The position numbers were made by a program, and so were the translations under genes. This document shows, one piece after another, positions 1-10,276 of a stretch of 64,000 bases of DNA. The stretch is taken from assembly GCA_041661795.1 (NCBI GenBank), contig JBAZTS010000002.1:36263-100262 (forward strand), given 5' to 3'. This stretch comes from Minisyncoccota bacterium. GTDB taxonomy: Bacteria; Patescibacteriota; Minisyncoccia; UBA6257; JAGOQP01. Every line of letters begins with the position of its first letter. The first letter of the stretch is position 1. The notes under the pieces are model-generated. The model was not told where the DNA came from, ran no database searches, and saw only the letters and a program-made list of their open reading frames with translations.

Positions 1-1
1 A

Positions 2-1468
2 GAAGTTGAGGAAAAAAGGGCTCATTTGATTGAAAAAATAGTTGAAAAAGATGAGGTCTCAATGGAAAAATATTTAAACGGCCAAGAGGTTGATTTGGAT
101 ACTTTAAGAAAAATTATGCGCAAGGCCACCATTGAAAATGAAATTTTTCCGGTTTACTGCGGTTCAGCTCTAAAAAATAAAGGAACTCAATTGGTTCTGG
201 ACGGAGTAATTGATTATTTGCCTTCTCCTCTGGACATAGGTCATTTAAAACCGATAAAAGGAACAAATCCGAGTACGGGAGAAGAAATAATAAGAAAACC
301 AAGCGATGAAGAACCGTTAACGGCTTTGGCTTTTAAAATAGCCACTGATCCATTTGTCGGAAATCTTACTTATTTTAGAGTCTACAGCGGAATAATAAAA
401 AAAGGGACTTATATTCTTAACTCTTCAAAAGAAAATCAGGAAAGAATCGGTAGAATAGTCCGTATGCATGCCAATCACAGAGAAGATGTGGAGGAAATGT
501 ACGCTGGAGATATCGGCGCTATTGTAGGATTAAAAAATACATCCACGGGGGACACTCTTTGTGACCCTGAAAATCCAATAATTCTTGAAAAGATCATTTT
601 CCCAGAACCGGTTATTAATCTTAAAATTGAACCTAAAACCAAAATTGACCAAGAAAAAATGGGCATGGCTCTTAGGCGTTTGTCCGAAGAAGACCCAACC
701 TTTAGAGTTACGGGAGATTCGGATACTGGAGAAACTATTATTTGGGGAATGGGAGAATTACATTTGGAAATTTTGGTGGAAAGAATGAAAAGAGAATTTG
801 GAGTTGAAGCCGACGTAGGAAGGCCTCGGGTTTCTTATAAAGAAACTATCAAGGGGTCTGCCGAAGCGGAAGGTAAATATATCAGGCAATCGGGAGGACG
901 TGGTCAATATGGACACGTTAAGGTAAAAATTAAACCTCTTGAAAGAGGTAAGGGTTTTGTTTTTGCTAATCAGATCAGAGGAGGTGTTATTCCTCAAGAA
1001 TTTATTTCAGCCGTTGAAAAAGGTATAAAGGAATCTATGGAAAAAGGAGTTGTGGCAGGATATACTTTAACTGACTTTGAAATAACTCTTTTTGATGGTT
1101 CTTATCATGAGGTTGACTCTTCGGAGGCAGCTTTCAAAATTGCCGGGTCTATGGCTTTGCAAGAAGCGGCTAAACAAGCTCAGCCGGTTATATTGGAGCC
1201 AGTTATGAAAATTCAGGTTACTATGCCCGCTGATTTCTTGGGAGACGTTACAGGGGACTTGAACTCAAAAAGAGGTAGAATAGAATCGTTGTCTGACAGG
1301 GCTTTTGCTAAAGTTATTGATGCCAAGGTGCCCTTGTCGGAAATGTTTGGATATGCTACAAAGTTAAGATCAATTACTCAAGGAAGAGGGTCTTTTACCA
1401 TGGAATTTGACCATTATGAAGAGGTTCCTAAAAGCGTTGAACTATTAATTATAGAGGGAAAAAAATAA
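2..1468 (+). CDS. fusA: Elongation factor G, C-terminal ~490 aa (5' end cut by window start)
   Basis: Frame continuous from nt 2 ([12 protein letters not shown]...); EF-G domains II-V motifs; followed by rplM-rpsI. Confidence 0.88.
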   Translation, partial: EVEEKRAHLIEKIVEKDEVSMEKYLNGQEVDLDTLRKIMRKATIENEIFPVYCGSALKNKGTQLVLDGVIDYLPSPLDIGHLKPIKGTNPSTGEEIIRKPSDEEPLTALAFKIATDPFVGNLTYFRVYSGIIKKGTYILNSSKENQERIGRIVRMHANHREDVEEMYAGDIGAIVGLKNTSTGDTLCDPENPIILEKIIFPEPVINLKIEPKTKIDQEKMGMALRRLSEEDPTFRVTGDSDTGETIIWGMGELHLEILVERMKREFGVEADVGRPRVSYKETIKGSAEAEGKYIRQSGGRGQYGHVKVKIKPLERGKGFVFANQIRGGVIPQEFISAVEKGIKESMEKGVVAGYTLTDFEITLFDGSYHEVDSSEAAFKIAGSMALQEAAKQAQPVILEPVMKIQVTMPADFLGDVTGDLNSKRGRIESLSDRAFAKVIDAKVPLSEMFGYATKLRSITQGRGSFTMEFDHYEEVPKSVELLIIEGKK

Positions 1469-1472
1469 ATTT

Positions 1473-1814
1473 ATGGAATATACAATTGATTGCAAGGGGA
1501 GGAGTTTAGGAAGAGTGGCTTCGGAAGTTGCCTCTATTTTGCAAGGTAAAAGGGATCCTTCTTATGAACCGAGATTAGTCGGGGACGATACGGTTGTTAT
1601 CAAAAATGTTGACCAAATTAAACTTACCGGCAATAAGGGTCAGCAAAAAATTTATTATTCTCATACAACTCAGCTGGGACATCTTAAAGAAAGAAAAATA
1701 AAAGACGTTATCCAAAAACACGGAATGAAATTTATTTTGAAAAAATCGATTGTTAATATGCTTCCTAAAAATAAATTGAGAGTTGCGAGAATTAAAAAGA
1801 TGTCATTTGAATAA
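1473..1814 (+). CDS. rplM: 50S ribosomal protein L13
   Basis: LGRVASEVA..LQGK..P.Y.P..GD.VVI.N...TG.K..K.YY.H pattern; 113 aa; precedes rpsI. Confidence 0.9.
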   Translation: MEYTIDCKGRSLGRVASEVASILQGKRDPSYEPRLVGDDTVVIKNVDQIKLTGNKGQQKIYYSHTTQLGHLKERKIKDVIQKHGMKFILKKSIVNMLPKNKLRVARIKKMSFE

Positions 1815-1819
1815 AAAAT

Positions 1820-2245
1820 ATGGAAAAGAAAAAAACAACCAAAAAGGCGGAGAAATATTTTGAGGCGGTCGGGAGAAGAAAAACTTCTACAGCCAGAATC
1901 AGAATATATCTTTCTAAAAAAGGAGACGACGGGTTTTTGATAAACGACAAGAATATATCTTCTTATTTTCCCATAAAAAATCATCAAGATACTGTTTTGA
2001 GCCCATTTAAAAGGTTGGATAATTTAGGCGATTTTTCCTTAACCGTTAAAGTTTCAGGTGGAGGAGTTTCTTCACAAGCCCAAGCTATAAGGCATGGTAT
2101 TGCCAGAGCTTTAATAATATTCAACCCCGATTTTAGAAAAAAGCTAAAATCTCTTGGATACCTTAAAAGGGATCCTCGTATGGTTGAAAGGAAGAAATAT
2201 GGATTGAAAAAAGCCAGACGAGCCCCTCAGTGGTCAAAGAGATAA
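1820..2245 (+). CDS. rpsI: 30S ribosomal protein S9
   Basis: GRRKTSTARIRI...GGG.SSQAQAIRHGIARAL...KRDPRMVERKKYGLKKARRAPQWSKR C-terminus. Confidence 0.92.
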   Translation: MEKKKTTKKAEKYFEAVGRRKTSTARIRIYLSKKGDDGFLINDKNISSYFPIKNHQDTVLSPFKRLDNLGDFSLTVKVSGGGVSSQAQAIRHGIARALIIFNPDFRKKLKSLGYLKRDPRMVERKKYGLKKARRAPQWSKR

Positions 2246-2320
2246 TTGGTATCTTGTAGCTTGTGATGTGTATTTTGGATGATAACCAGATACGAGCTAC
2301 TAAATACTAGCTACTAATAA
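2246..2320. repeat. Intergenic repeat element (GTATCTTGTAGCT ... GATACGAGCTAC); inverted copy at 21523-21600
   Basis: Reverse complement of 21523-21600 aligns over ~70 nt with shared blocks gtatcttgtagct, agatacgagctacta, atac.agcta. Confidence 0.45.
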
Positions 2321-2321
2321 C

Positions 2322-2756
2322 ATGACTGTTTCCCTAAAACCAATAGTTATCTTTTTTGTTGTTGTATTTATCATCTATATACCCACAATGATTTTTCAGT
2401 GGTATGTAGATTTACCTTGGATTGATATCCCTTTGCACCTAATGGGTGGAGCTTGGGTAGCTTTGCTTTTCTTTCGTCTTTTTGGAGACCTGTTTTTTGA
2501 GAAACTCTATGAACACAAATATGAGGCGGCTAGAGTTTTAATTTTGGCTGTGGCCTTTAGTGTATTAATAGGAGTTTTTTGGGAATTCTTTGAATATCTA
2601 CTCACTCAATATACCCCCATTGAATTTCAAGGGAGCTTGACTGATACCATGGGAGATCTTTTAATGGATATATTAGGTTCTCTGGCTATGGCTTATTTTA
2701 TCCTTTTTTATCTTTTCCCCAAGAAGAGGCAGGTCGTCTCTCAATTAGAAGGATAA
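2322..2756 (+). CDS. Hypothetical integral membrane protein
   Basis: 144 aa, 4 predicted hydrophobic helices; no family recognised. Confidence 0.5.
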   Translation: MTVSLKPIVIFFVVVFIIYIPTMIFQWYVDLPWIDIPLHLMGGAWVALLFFRLFGDLFFEKLYEHKYEAARVLILAVAFSVLIGVFWEFFEYLLTQYTPIEFQGSLTDTMGDLLMDILGSLAMAYFILFYLFPKKRQVVSQLEG

Positions 2757-4019
2757 ATTAACTGAAGAAATCTTTCCTTCCTTAAGAAGATAAACAACTT
2801 CTTCTTCTTTGTCGTAAACCCAGGATCCCGGGTTATTTTTTATAGTAAACTTGTTGGCCGGCTTATATATACTTAGGTCTGAAATATCCAGAGTTTTTGA
2901 GGAATAATCTATAATGAAATGAAACGAATCATCAAGCCACTCAATCTGCTTGGTTTTTAGGGCGTCTATTATCTCAATTTTCATAATTTCTCCTTTTTTC
3001 TTTTCCAGTGTTACAATTTCGTCTTCAATAAAATAAATAAACGACTTTCCGTCTTTATCCTGATAAAACACTTTCTTTTCGTCAGGAGATATTTTAGCTG
3101 TTTTACCTGAGTGAGCCAATTGGAAAAAATTCTCATCTTTATTATTATAAAACCATATGCTTCCGTCTTTTAATATAAACAGTTGATAATTTTGACTGAC
3201 ATCAATGTTTTCTATTTGATTTCCGTTGAACGGGAGTTTTATTCTTCTGGTTTCTTCAATTAAATTCAAATCAGTGGTGGTGATAAAAGAGTCGGTTGAT
3301 GTGGAATTTTTTTGTTTTGTTGGTAATTCCACCAAATAAAGATTATTTCTTGCCACTGTCATTTTTTCTAAAATTCCCTCTTTTATTGTTTTAAAACTCT
3401 GTTTATTTATGTCTATCCAATAAATCCCCGTAGAAGTCCTGACTATAATTTTGTTTTCTTCTTGAGGATAAATACGAATGTCTTCTATTTTTTGTCTAAA
3501 AAAAGAGGATATTTTTGAATTAAGATTTATTATATTCGGACTATTTAGATTGTATAAGTAATAAATATTCTTTTGGTCGTCCAGAACAATGATTCTCTTA
3601 TCTTTTTTATCTAAAATAATATTTCCCTTAACGTTGTCGATTAATTGTTGTTCATCTATTTTTTGAGGAGCAAGTATGACATTGGAGATTCTGGCAACCT
3701 GAGAAGGGAAAACTTCTATATTTTTTTCATAATCAAGATATCCCTCCTTTTTTAATTCAAGGCGGTATTTTTTAGGCAAGACATTGGAGATTAAAGTCCC
3801 TTTTTGGATTAACCCTAAAGAACTGTCGTATTTTTTATCATTAAGGAATATATCCAAAGATCTTGGTTGCGCCTCAACATAAACAGCCCCAGTTTTAGTG
3901 GCGCTTAGAGTGGAGAAATCAAATCTATATCCTTGGGAATAATAAATAACCCCGGTTCCTATCAATAGGAAAATGACCAAAAAAGAGTAAAAAAGTTTTC
4001 TTCTGAATGGCAGAGTCAT
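2745..4019 (-). CDS. Hypothetical N-terminally anchored protein, PEGA-like segment near N-terminus
   Basis: N-terminal TM (FYSFLVIFLLIGTGVIY); YRLELKKEGYLDYEKNIEV resembles PEGA; remainder unassigned. Confidence 0.45.
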   Translation of the reverse strand: MTLPFRRKLFYSFLVIFLLIGTGVIYYSQGYRFDFSTLSATKTGAVYVEAQPRSLDIFLNDKKYDSSLGLIQKGTLISNVLPKKYRLELKKEGYLDYEKNIEVFPSQVARISNVILAPQKIDEQQLIDNVKGNIILDKKDKRIIVLDDQKNIYYLYNLNSPNIINLNSKISSFFRQKIEDIRIYPQEENKIIVRTSTGIYWIDINKQSFKTIKEGILEKMTVARNNLYLVELPTKQKNSTSTDSFITTTDLNLIEETRRIKLPFNGNQIENIDVSQNYQLFILKDGSIWFYNNKDENFFQLAHSGKTAKISPDEKKVFYQDKDGKSFIYFIEDEIVTLEKKKGEIMKIEIIDALKTKQIEWLDDSFHFIIDYSSKTLDISDLSIYKPANKFTIKNNPGSWVYDKEEEVVYLLKEGKISSVNLSF

Positions 4020-4117
4020 GTTGTAAAGTTGGCTATTTATGAATATTATTAACTAATACAGTTTTAAGCATACCTTTAAGTTGGGCTGTTTTCAATGACG
4101 ATTTATTTGACATTTTT

Positions 4118-5374
4118 ATGAAATTTATAGTAAACGGTAATAAAAAACTCAACGGGAACGTTGATATTAAGGGAGCTAAAAATGCCGCCTTAAAAATAAT
4201 TCCCGCGTCTATTCTGGCTTCTTCTCTTTGTGTTATAAAAAATATTCCACAAATAACCGATATAGAAAAACTTCTGGAAATATTAAAAGGAATAGGGTCA
4301 AAAGTTGAATTTAAAGACGGAGTACTCAAGATAGGTAATAAAGACATTAATTCTTTCCATCCGGATGAAAAATTGGTTAATAAATTCAGAGGATCTATAG
4401 TTCTAATCGGTCCTCTTTTGGCGAGATTTGGCGAGGCAGTTCTTAGTGAACCGGGGGGATGTTTAATTGGTTCAAGACCGATTGATGACCATTTAGATCT
4501 TTTTGAGCAAATGGGAGTTGGTATTGAATATAAGGATAATAAATTTTATTTTCACGGGAAACCAAAAAGCGGTCACATAGTTCTAAAAAAGATGAGTGTT
4601 ACGGCAACTGAAAATGCCATTATGGCGTCAGTTTTTTCCAAGGGTATTACTAAAATTCATATAGCGGCGGCTGAACCGGAAATAAAAGATCTGGCTGATT
4701 TTCTCAATAAAATGGGAGCTAAAATAAAGGGAGCCGGAACCAATGAGATAGAAATAGAAGGAGTGGATGAATTAAAAGGAGCGGAGTATGAAGTTTTGCC
4801 GGACAGAATTGAGATGGGAACATATTTAATAGCCGGTATTTTGACTAACTCGGAAATTACAGTTGGTCCGATTATTTCTTGCCATTCTGACCTGTTTTTT
4901 AAAAAATTAAAGGATGTTGGGGCAAAATTTGAAATAATAGAGAAAGACGGCAAAAAATATGTAAGAACTTTAAAAAGAGGGGATTTAATTCCTCAAAACA
5001 TAGACCCAAGACCATATCCGGGATTTGCCACCGATCTTCAGCCCCAATACGCGGTCTTAATGACTCAGGCCCAAGGCAAAACGGAAATTTTTGATACTAT
5101 GTTTGAAGGAAGATTTAGGTATATTGAGGAATTAAAATTAATGAAGGTTGAAGCCGAAATTTTAAATCCCAATAAAGCCATTATAAATGGTCCCGCTCAT
5201 CTAAAGGGAGCCGAGGTGTCGTGTTTGGATATTAGAGCTGGAGTAGCAGTGGTTCTGGCTTCTCTTATAGCGGAAGGAAAAACAACCATAAATAACATTG
5301 AATTTATAGACAGAGGGTACGAGGATATAGATGGAAAGCTAAGAGAGTTGGGGGCGGATATTAAGAGGGAATAA
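4118..5374 (+). CDS. murA: UDP-N-acetylglucosamine 1-carboxyvinyltransferase
   Basis: MKFIVNG..L.G.V.I.GAKNAALKI; active-site loop EPGGCLIGSRPIDDHL; 418 aa. Confidence 0.92.
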   Translation: MKFIVNGNKKLNGNVDIKGAKNAALKIIPASILASSLCVIKNIPQITDIEKLLEILKGIGSKVEFKDGVLKIGNKDINSFHPDEKLVNKFRGSIVLIGPLLARFGEAVLSEPGGCLIGSRPIDDHLDLFEQMGVGIEYKDNKFYFHGKPKSGHIVLKKMSVTATENAIMASVFSKGITKIHIAAAEPEIKDLADFLNKMGAKIKGAGTNEIEIEGVDELKGAEYEVLPDRIEMGTYLIAGILTNSEITVGPIISCHSDLFFKKLKDVGAKFEIIEKDGKKYVRTLKRGDLIPQNIDPRPYPGFATDLQPQYAVLMTQAQGKTEIFDTMFEGRFRYIEELKLMKVEAEILNPNKAIINGPAHLKGAEVSCLDIRAGVAVVLASLIAEGKTTINNIEFIDRGYEDIDGKLRELGADIKRE

Positions 5375-5378
5375 TAAG

Positions 5379-5990
5379 ATGATTGAATTAGTATTATCTT
5401 GGATTGCCAATATTGTCATAGTAATTATTAACTCTACTGGTTATTTGGGGATTTTTTTGTTAATGGCTTTAGAAAGCGCTAATATTCCAGTGCCTTCGGA
5501 AATTATTATGCCCTTTTCAGGATTTTTGGTTTTTGGGGGAAATTTTAGTTTTTGGTTAGTGGTTTTAGCAGGAACATTTGGAAATCTTTTTGGTTCTCTG
5601 GTTTCTTTCCGGTTTGCCGAGTGGATAGTGGCTAGTCGTTCCAAATTTAAATTAATATCCCATATTTTTTCAGAAAAGTTTTTGTACAAATCTCATGTTT
5701 GGTTTGAGAAGTATGGCTATTGGTCAGTATTTTTTTCCCGTCTCTTACCGGTAGCAAGGACTTTTATTTCTCTCCCAGCCGGATTGGCAAAAATGAACAT
5801 ATGGAAATTTTCCATACTAACTCTTTTCGGGTCGTTTATCTGGTCTTGGATTTTAACTTACATTGGCTTATTTTTAGGGGTTAATTGGCACACTTTGGGT
5901 AAATATTTCAGACAACTTGATTTATTGATATTAGTGATTGTACTTATTCTATTTTTTTGGTGGCTTTATAATCACAATAAACGACACTAA
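5379..5990 (+). CDS. DedA/SNARE-associated family membrane protein
   Basis: GYLGIFLLMALESANIPVPSEIIMPFSGFL core motif of DedA. Confidence 0.75.
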   Translation: MIELVLSWIANIVIVIINSTGYLGIFLLMALESANIPVPSEIIMPFSGFLVFGGNFSFWLVVLAGTFGNLFGSLVSFRFAEWIVASRSKFKLISHIFSEKFLYKSHVWFEKYGYWSVFFSRLLPVARTFISLPAGLAKMNIWKFSILTLFGSFIWSWILTYIGLFLGVNWHTLGKYFRQLDLLILVIVLILFFWWLYNHNKRH

Positions 5991-6043
5991 TGCTCGTGTC
6001 TAAACACCTTTTTTAAAACGATTCTTTCTGGTAAAATTAATAC

Positions 6044-6769
6044 ATGTCTAAATTGGTGGTTTTAAATTGGAAGATGAATTTGCCCGATCTGCCGTCTTGG
6101 AGTGAAGCTTTGAAATTTAAAGGGAATAATAGAATTGTAGTTTGTCCTTCTTTCACTCATATAAATAAGCTAAGGAATTTATTAAAAGGAAAGGGGATAT
6201 ATATTGGGGCCCAAAACGTTTCTTATAAAGAAAATGGAGCTTTGACTGGAGAGGTGTCGGTTGAGATGTTAAAAGATGTCGGCGCTTCATATGCAATTAT
6301 AGGACATTCTGAAAGAAGATATGTTTTTGGAGAAACCGATGAAATTATAGCTAAGAAAGCAAAAGTTGTTCTTGAAGGCAGAATTACTCCTATTCTTTGT
6401 GTGGGAGAAACAAAGAAAATGACTAGAGAAAAATCCTGGAATTTTATCCGCTCTCAACTTCAAAAAGACTTATCTCTTACCCCTTACCCCTTACCCCTTA
6501 CCACTAGTTTAGTTGTGGCTTACGAGCCGGTCTGGTCTATTGGGGGAAATAAAAATATTGATGCGTCACATTCGGCTCATCTAATCGACAGAATAAGAGA
6601 GTTTCTATATACTAACTACAAGATGCGAGCCACCATCTTATACGGCGGAAGTGTTAATAGTAAAAATATTAAATCGCTTTTGTCTGTTGGTGAAATTGAC
6701 GGATTTTTGGTCGGGTCCGCCAGTTTAAAAAAAGAAGAAGTTAAAAAATTATTAAAATTAATAAATTAA
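6044..6769 (+). CDS. tpiA: Triose-phosphate isomerase with in-frame CCCCTTA-type triplet-repeat insertion (TPYPLPLTT)
   Basis: VVLNWKMN, IGHSERR, CVGE, AYEPVWSIG, YGGSV motifs; tandem cttacccc x3 at 6477-6508. Confidence 0.9.
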   Translation: MSKLVVLNWKMNLPDLPSWSEALKFKGNNRIVVCPSFTHINKLRNLLKGKGIYIGAQNVSYKENGALTGEVSVEMLKDVGASYAIIGHSERRYVFGETDEIIAKKAKVVLEGRITPILCVGETKKMTREKSWNFIRSQLQKDLSLTPYPLPLTTSLVVAYEPVWSIGGNKNIDASHSAHLIDRIREFLYTNYKMRATILYGGSVNSKNIKSLLSVGEIDGFLVGSASLKKEEVKKLLKLIN

Positions 6770-6773
6770 TAAA

Positions 6774-7553
6774 ATGAACGAACAATCAAAAAATTCTCTT
6801 TTCGGAGCGCTAACTTTATTTGTCTTGGTTCTCACTGTTATTTTTGTTTATTCAATTTTTTGGGGACCTCTTCACAGATATTCTCAATCTTTAATCTCCC
6901 CAAGAACAATGGCGGTTTCGGCCTCGGATAAAGTAACCGTAAAACCGGATATAGCCAATTTATCTTTTTCGGTGATTACCGAGGGGATGGATACAGCCAA
7001 AGTTGTTGATGAAAACAATAAAAAAATAAATTTAGCCATAGATATTATTAAACAAGAAGGAGTAAGCGAGGAGGATATAAGAACATCAGAATACAATCTT
7101 TCTCCCGTTTATACCTATCCTACCAGGAGCTCTTCTGGCGAGTTTGTCCCAAAAATTGCCAAGTATACTCTGACCCAGTCGGTTTCTTTAAAAATCAGGG
7201 ATTTTACAAAAATCTCTGTTGTTTTACAAAAACTTCCGGCGCTTGGTATAAACAAGATTGAAAATATCTATTTTAGCATTGATGATCCAGATATATTTCT
7301 TTCCAGTGCTAGAGAAGGAGCTTTTAAAAAGGCCTTTGAGAAAGCGGATAAAATGGCCAGACAAAACGGAGTTAGCTTGGGAAGAGTCGTAAGCATTTCG
7401 GATTATTCCAATAACTATTATCCTACCTATGAAAAATATGGAATGGGAGGGGATATGATGTCGTCTTCTGCGTCACCCATCAGCGCTCCTGATATTCAGC
7501 CGGGAAGCAAGGAGTTGACTGTTAATGTTAGTGTCGTTTATGAAATCAAATAG
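6774..7553 (+). CDS. SIMPL/DUF541 family periplasmic protein
   Basis: N-terminal TM then VSASDKVTVKPDIANLSFSV... typical of SIMPL (26 kDa periplasmic immunogenic protein family). Confidence 0.65.
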   Translation: MNEQSKNSLFGALTLFVLVLTVIFVYSIFWGPLHRYSQSLISPRTMAVSASDKVTVKPDIANLSFSVITEGMDTAKVVDENNKKINLAIDIIKQEGVSEEDIRTSEYNLSPVYTYPTRSSSGEFVPKIAKYTLTQSVSLKIRDFTKISVVLQKLPALGINKIENIYFSIDDPDIFLSSAREGAFKKAFEKADKMARQNGVSLGRVVSISDYSNNYYPTYEKYGMGGDMMSSSASPISAPDIQPGSKELTVNVSVVYEIK

Positions 7554-8328
7554 GAAAAAATTTGGAGCTTCTGTTGTTGTTATTTTGGTTGGGTTAATGA
7601 CTATAATCGGACTTTCTGATATCATTTTTATTATTCCCAATCAAAATAACCAAACAGATAATCAAGCCAAAACAATGGAAGAATCCGGTTTCTTAAACGC
7701 CAGCGATGGCAAAAAGATTTCCTATCAATACTTTAAATCTCCAGACCCAAAAGGATGGGTTGTTTATCTACATATGATGCCTTCTACTAAGGAGTCATTT
7801 TTTGATTTAGCCGTAAAACTACAAACTCTTGGATATGAAGGGATAAGTATAGATTTTAGGGGGCATGGGCAATCGGAAGGAGGGCCTGACGGTTATTTGA
7901 ATTTTTCTGATAGTGAGCATCAAAATTATTATAATGATGTTTTGGGAACCGTTGATTTTCTTGTAAGCCAAGGAGCCAAAAAAGAAAAGATATATTTTGT
8001 GGGCGCTTCTATTGGAGCTAATGTTGCTCTAAAATATTTATCTTTAAATAAAGAAACTACAAAAGCAGTCCTGCTTTCTCCTGGGTTTAATTATCGTGGA
8101 ATTACCACAAAAGATTTAGTTGTTAATCTTAGCGAAACAAAAGACATTCTTTTTGTATCCAGCCAAGACGACGAATCTAATTCTGGCGAGGTTGAAGAGT
8201 TATTTTCCTTGGTTCCGCAATCTGCAAAAAAAGATAAAGTTATTTTTGAAAAGGCCGGTCATGGGACTGATATGTTCGCCGTCCAGTCGGATTTATATGA
8301 AAAAATAATTAGTTTTATTACCAATTAA
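7525..8328 (+). CDS. Alpha/beta hydrolase (start may be at 7540, MKSNRKK)
   Basis: N-terminal TM; GHGQSEG and nucleophile elbow GASIGAN. Confidence 0.65.
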   Translation: MLVSFMKSNRKKFGASVVVILVGLMTIIGLSDIIFIIPNQNNQTDNQAKTMEESGFLNASDGKKISYQYFKSPDPKGWVVYLHMMPSTKESFFDLAVKLQTLGYEGISIDFRGHGQSEGGPDGYLNFSDSEHQNYYNDVLGTVDFLVSQGAKKEKIYFVGASIGANVALKYLSLNKETTKAVLLSPGFNYRGITTKDLVVNLSETKDILFVSSQDDESNSGEVEELFSLVPQSAKKDKVIFEKAGHGTDMFAVQSDLYEKIISFITN

Positions 8329-8341
8329 ATTAAAAAATAAG

Positions 8342-8956
8342 ATGGCCATAAAAAAGGATTACTTGTTGGTGTCTCTTATTGGACTGCTCTTTGGGTTGTT
8401 CTCGGCTCCTATTATAAAAAATCTAAATCTCTCATTTTTACCTTTTAGCTGGGTCGCTGTCATTGTTATTGTTGTATTGTTTACTTTGGGAGCTCCCGTT
8501 GCTCTTTTTATAGCGTCTTTTGTCGGCAAGAAAATTCCTGTCATTTTTCAATTTGCCAAATTTGCGGCTGTTGGAGCATTAAATACATTCGTTGATTGGG
8601 GAATATTGAACTTTTTAATATTACTAACTGGAACTGTTACCGGAGTAGGTTTTAGTATTTTTAAAGGAATTTCTTTCCTGTTTTCTGCGTCTAACAGTTA
8701 TGTTTGGAATAAATTTTGGACTTTTGGAGCAACTAATAAAGAAAATTCAGGAAAAGAATTTGGTAAGTTTATTATTATTAGTTTGATAGGATTTCTAATA
8801 AATGTAGGAGTGGCTTCTTTCATAGTAAATTATATATCTCCCTTCGGTGGCTTTTCTTTGACTCAGTGGGCTAACTTAGGAGCTTTGGTGGCTACTTTAG
8901 TGGCTCTTGTCTGGAATTTTGTGGGTTATAAGTTCTTTGTGTTTGACAGTAAATAA
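8342..8956 (+). CDS. GtrA-family membrane protein
   Basis: FAKFAAVGALNTFVDWGILNFL GtrA signature; 4 TM. Confidence 0.7.
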   Translation: MAIKKDYLLVSLIGLLFGLFSAPIIKNLNLSFLPFSWVAVIVIVVLFTLGAPVALFIASFVGKKIPVIFQFAKFAAVGALNTFVDWGILNFLILLTGTVTGVGFSIFKGISFLFSASNSYVWNKFWTFGATNKENSGKEFGKFIIISLIGFLINVGVASFIVNYISPFGGFSLTQWANLGALVATLVALVWNFVGYKFFVFDSK

Positions 8957-9036
8957 AAAAGAGAGTATAATGCCTCTTGAGTGAAGTGCCGAGCAGCCCT
9001 CTGCGATGATATCGATAGAGGATTGCCCTTTCGTTT

Positions 9037-9067
9037 CCCTCCGCCCTCGGGCGGAGGGTTTTGTTTT
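9037..9067 (+). terminator. Rho-independent terminator (ccctccgccc tcgg gcggaggg + T-run)
   Basis: 10-bp GC stem, tetraloop, ttttgtttt. Confidence 0.6.
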
Positions 9068-9175
9068 CATATATGTTTTTTGTTATTATATTAGTGGTGG
9101 TGGGAGAGCACTCACTCATAATAAAAAAACGGAGGTCACCCCCGCCACCATGAAATATAAGGTTCTCATTTAGTT

Positions 9176-10078
9176 ATGTTTATTAGGAAAAATGTTTTGT
9201 TGAAAAATTACAGCGGTTATAAGATCGGAGGACCAGCCGATTTTTTTTGTGAACCCAAATCAAAAAAAGAGCTTTTAACGGCTCTTAATTTTTCACTTAA
9301 AAAAAATATTCCGGTTTATATGTTAGGCGGAGGATTTAATATTTTAATTTCGGATAGTGGTTTTAGAGGTTTGATAATAAAGCCGAAAATAAATTATCTG
9401 GCTGTTAAAAAGAATGGTATGATCGCCGGAGCTGGTGTTGATTTAGGCAGGGCAATTAAATTTTCTTTGAAAAACGGATTGCTTGGACTTGAAGAATTCT
9501 CTGGAATTCCTGGAACTATTGGTGGGGCTCTTTACATAAATATTCATTATTATCAGGCGCTTTTAAATAATTTTGTAGAATGGATTGAATGTGTCGATAA
9601 TAAATTGAATTCGTACTTAATTAAAGCCAAGAACGAAAATTGGAAATATGAATTCTCTCAAATTCAAAAAAGCGGACTTATTGTTGTCAGGGCTTGTTTT
9701 AAACTAAAGAAAGTTAACCAGGAACAAAAATGGAAAGCAATTGGTAAGGCCGAAGAAATTATCCGGACTCGCTTTTACAAATACCCGCAAGAACCGTCGG
9801 CTGGCAGTGTTTTCCAAAACATTGATTCTAAAAATTTTTATGGGGCTCCTTCAATATCAGCGGCTCATTATATTGATCGCTTGGGTATGAAAGGAACGAG
9901 GGTGGGTGGAGCAGAAATTTCCGGGAGGCACGCAAATATGATTATAAATAAAGGCGGAGCTACCGCTAAAGATGTTATTAAGTTAGCTTCTTTAATCAAA
10001 AAACGAGTGAAGAATAAATTTGGAATTGAGTTTAAGCCAGAAGTTCAGTTTATTGGATTTAAAAGTGATCCTTTTTAA
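9176..10078 (+). CDS. murB: UDP-N-acetylenolpyruvoylglucosamine reductase
   Basis: FAD-binding N-terminus YSGYKIGGPADFF; GIPGTIGGA; C-terminal MurB domain. Confidence 0.85.
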   Translation: MFIRKNVLLKNYSGYKIGGPADFFCEPKSKKELLTALNFSLKKNIPVYMLGGGFNILISDSGFRGLIIKPKINYLAVKKNGMIAGAGVDLGRAIKFSLKNGLLGLEEFSGIPGTIGGALYINIHYYQALLNNFVEWIECVDNKLNSYLIKAKNENWKYEFSQIQKSGLIVVRACFKLKKVNQEQKWKAIGKAEEIIRTRFYKYPQEPSAGSVFQNIDSKNFYGAPSISAAHYIDRLGMKGTRVGGAEISGRHANMIINKGGATAKDVIKLASLIKKRVKNKFGIEFKPEVQFIGFKSDPF

Positions 10079-10276
10079 GAAAAAAGTTTAAAAAAGAAAA
10101 AATTTTTAACTGTCGTGAAAGTTATCCACAGTTTTGGTTTCCATTTTGTTGTAAAATGTTCTAAAATTAGATTAGTAAAAGGTTAAAAACTTTTTCAACA
10201 TCATAGTTGAATAGTCGGCGGCTCTGGTGTTGGTAAAATTTATTTTTCTTCCATTAATCTTGGGAGAAATCATAAA

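Noticed and set aside
114-997. Antisense and overlapping short ORFs inside fusA (114-302 -, 475-666 -, 585-788 +, 758-997 -) and similar ones inside other long genes
   Set aside because: They are fully embedded in well-supported conserved genes. They have low-complexity translations and no RBS, so they are typical spurious ORFs of AT-rich DNA.
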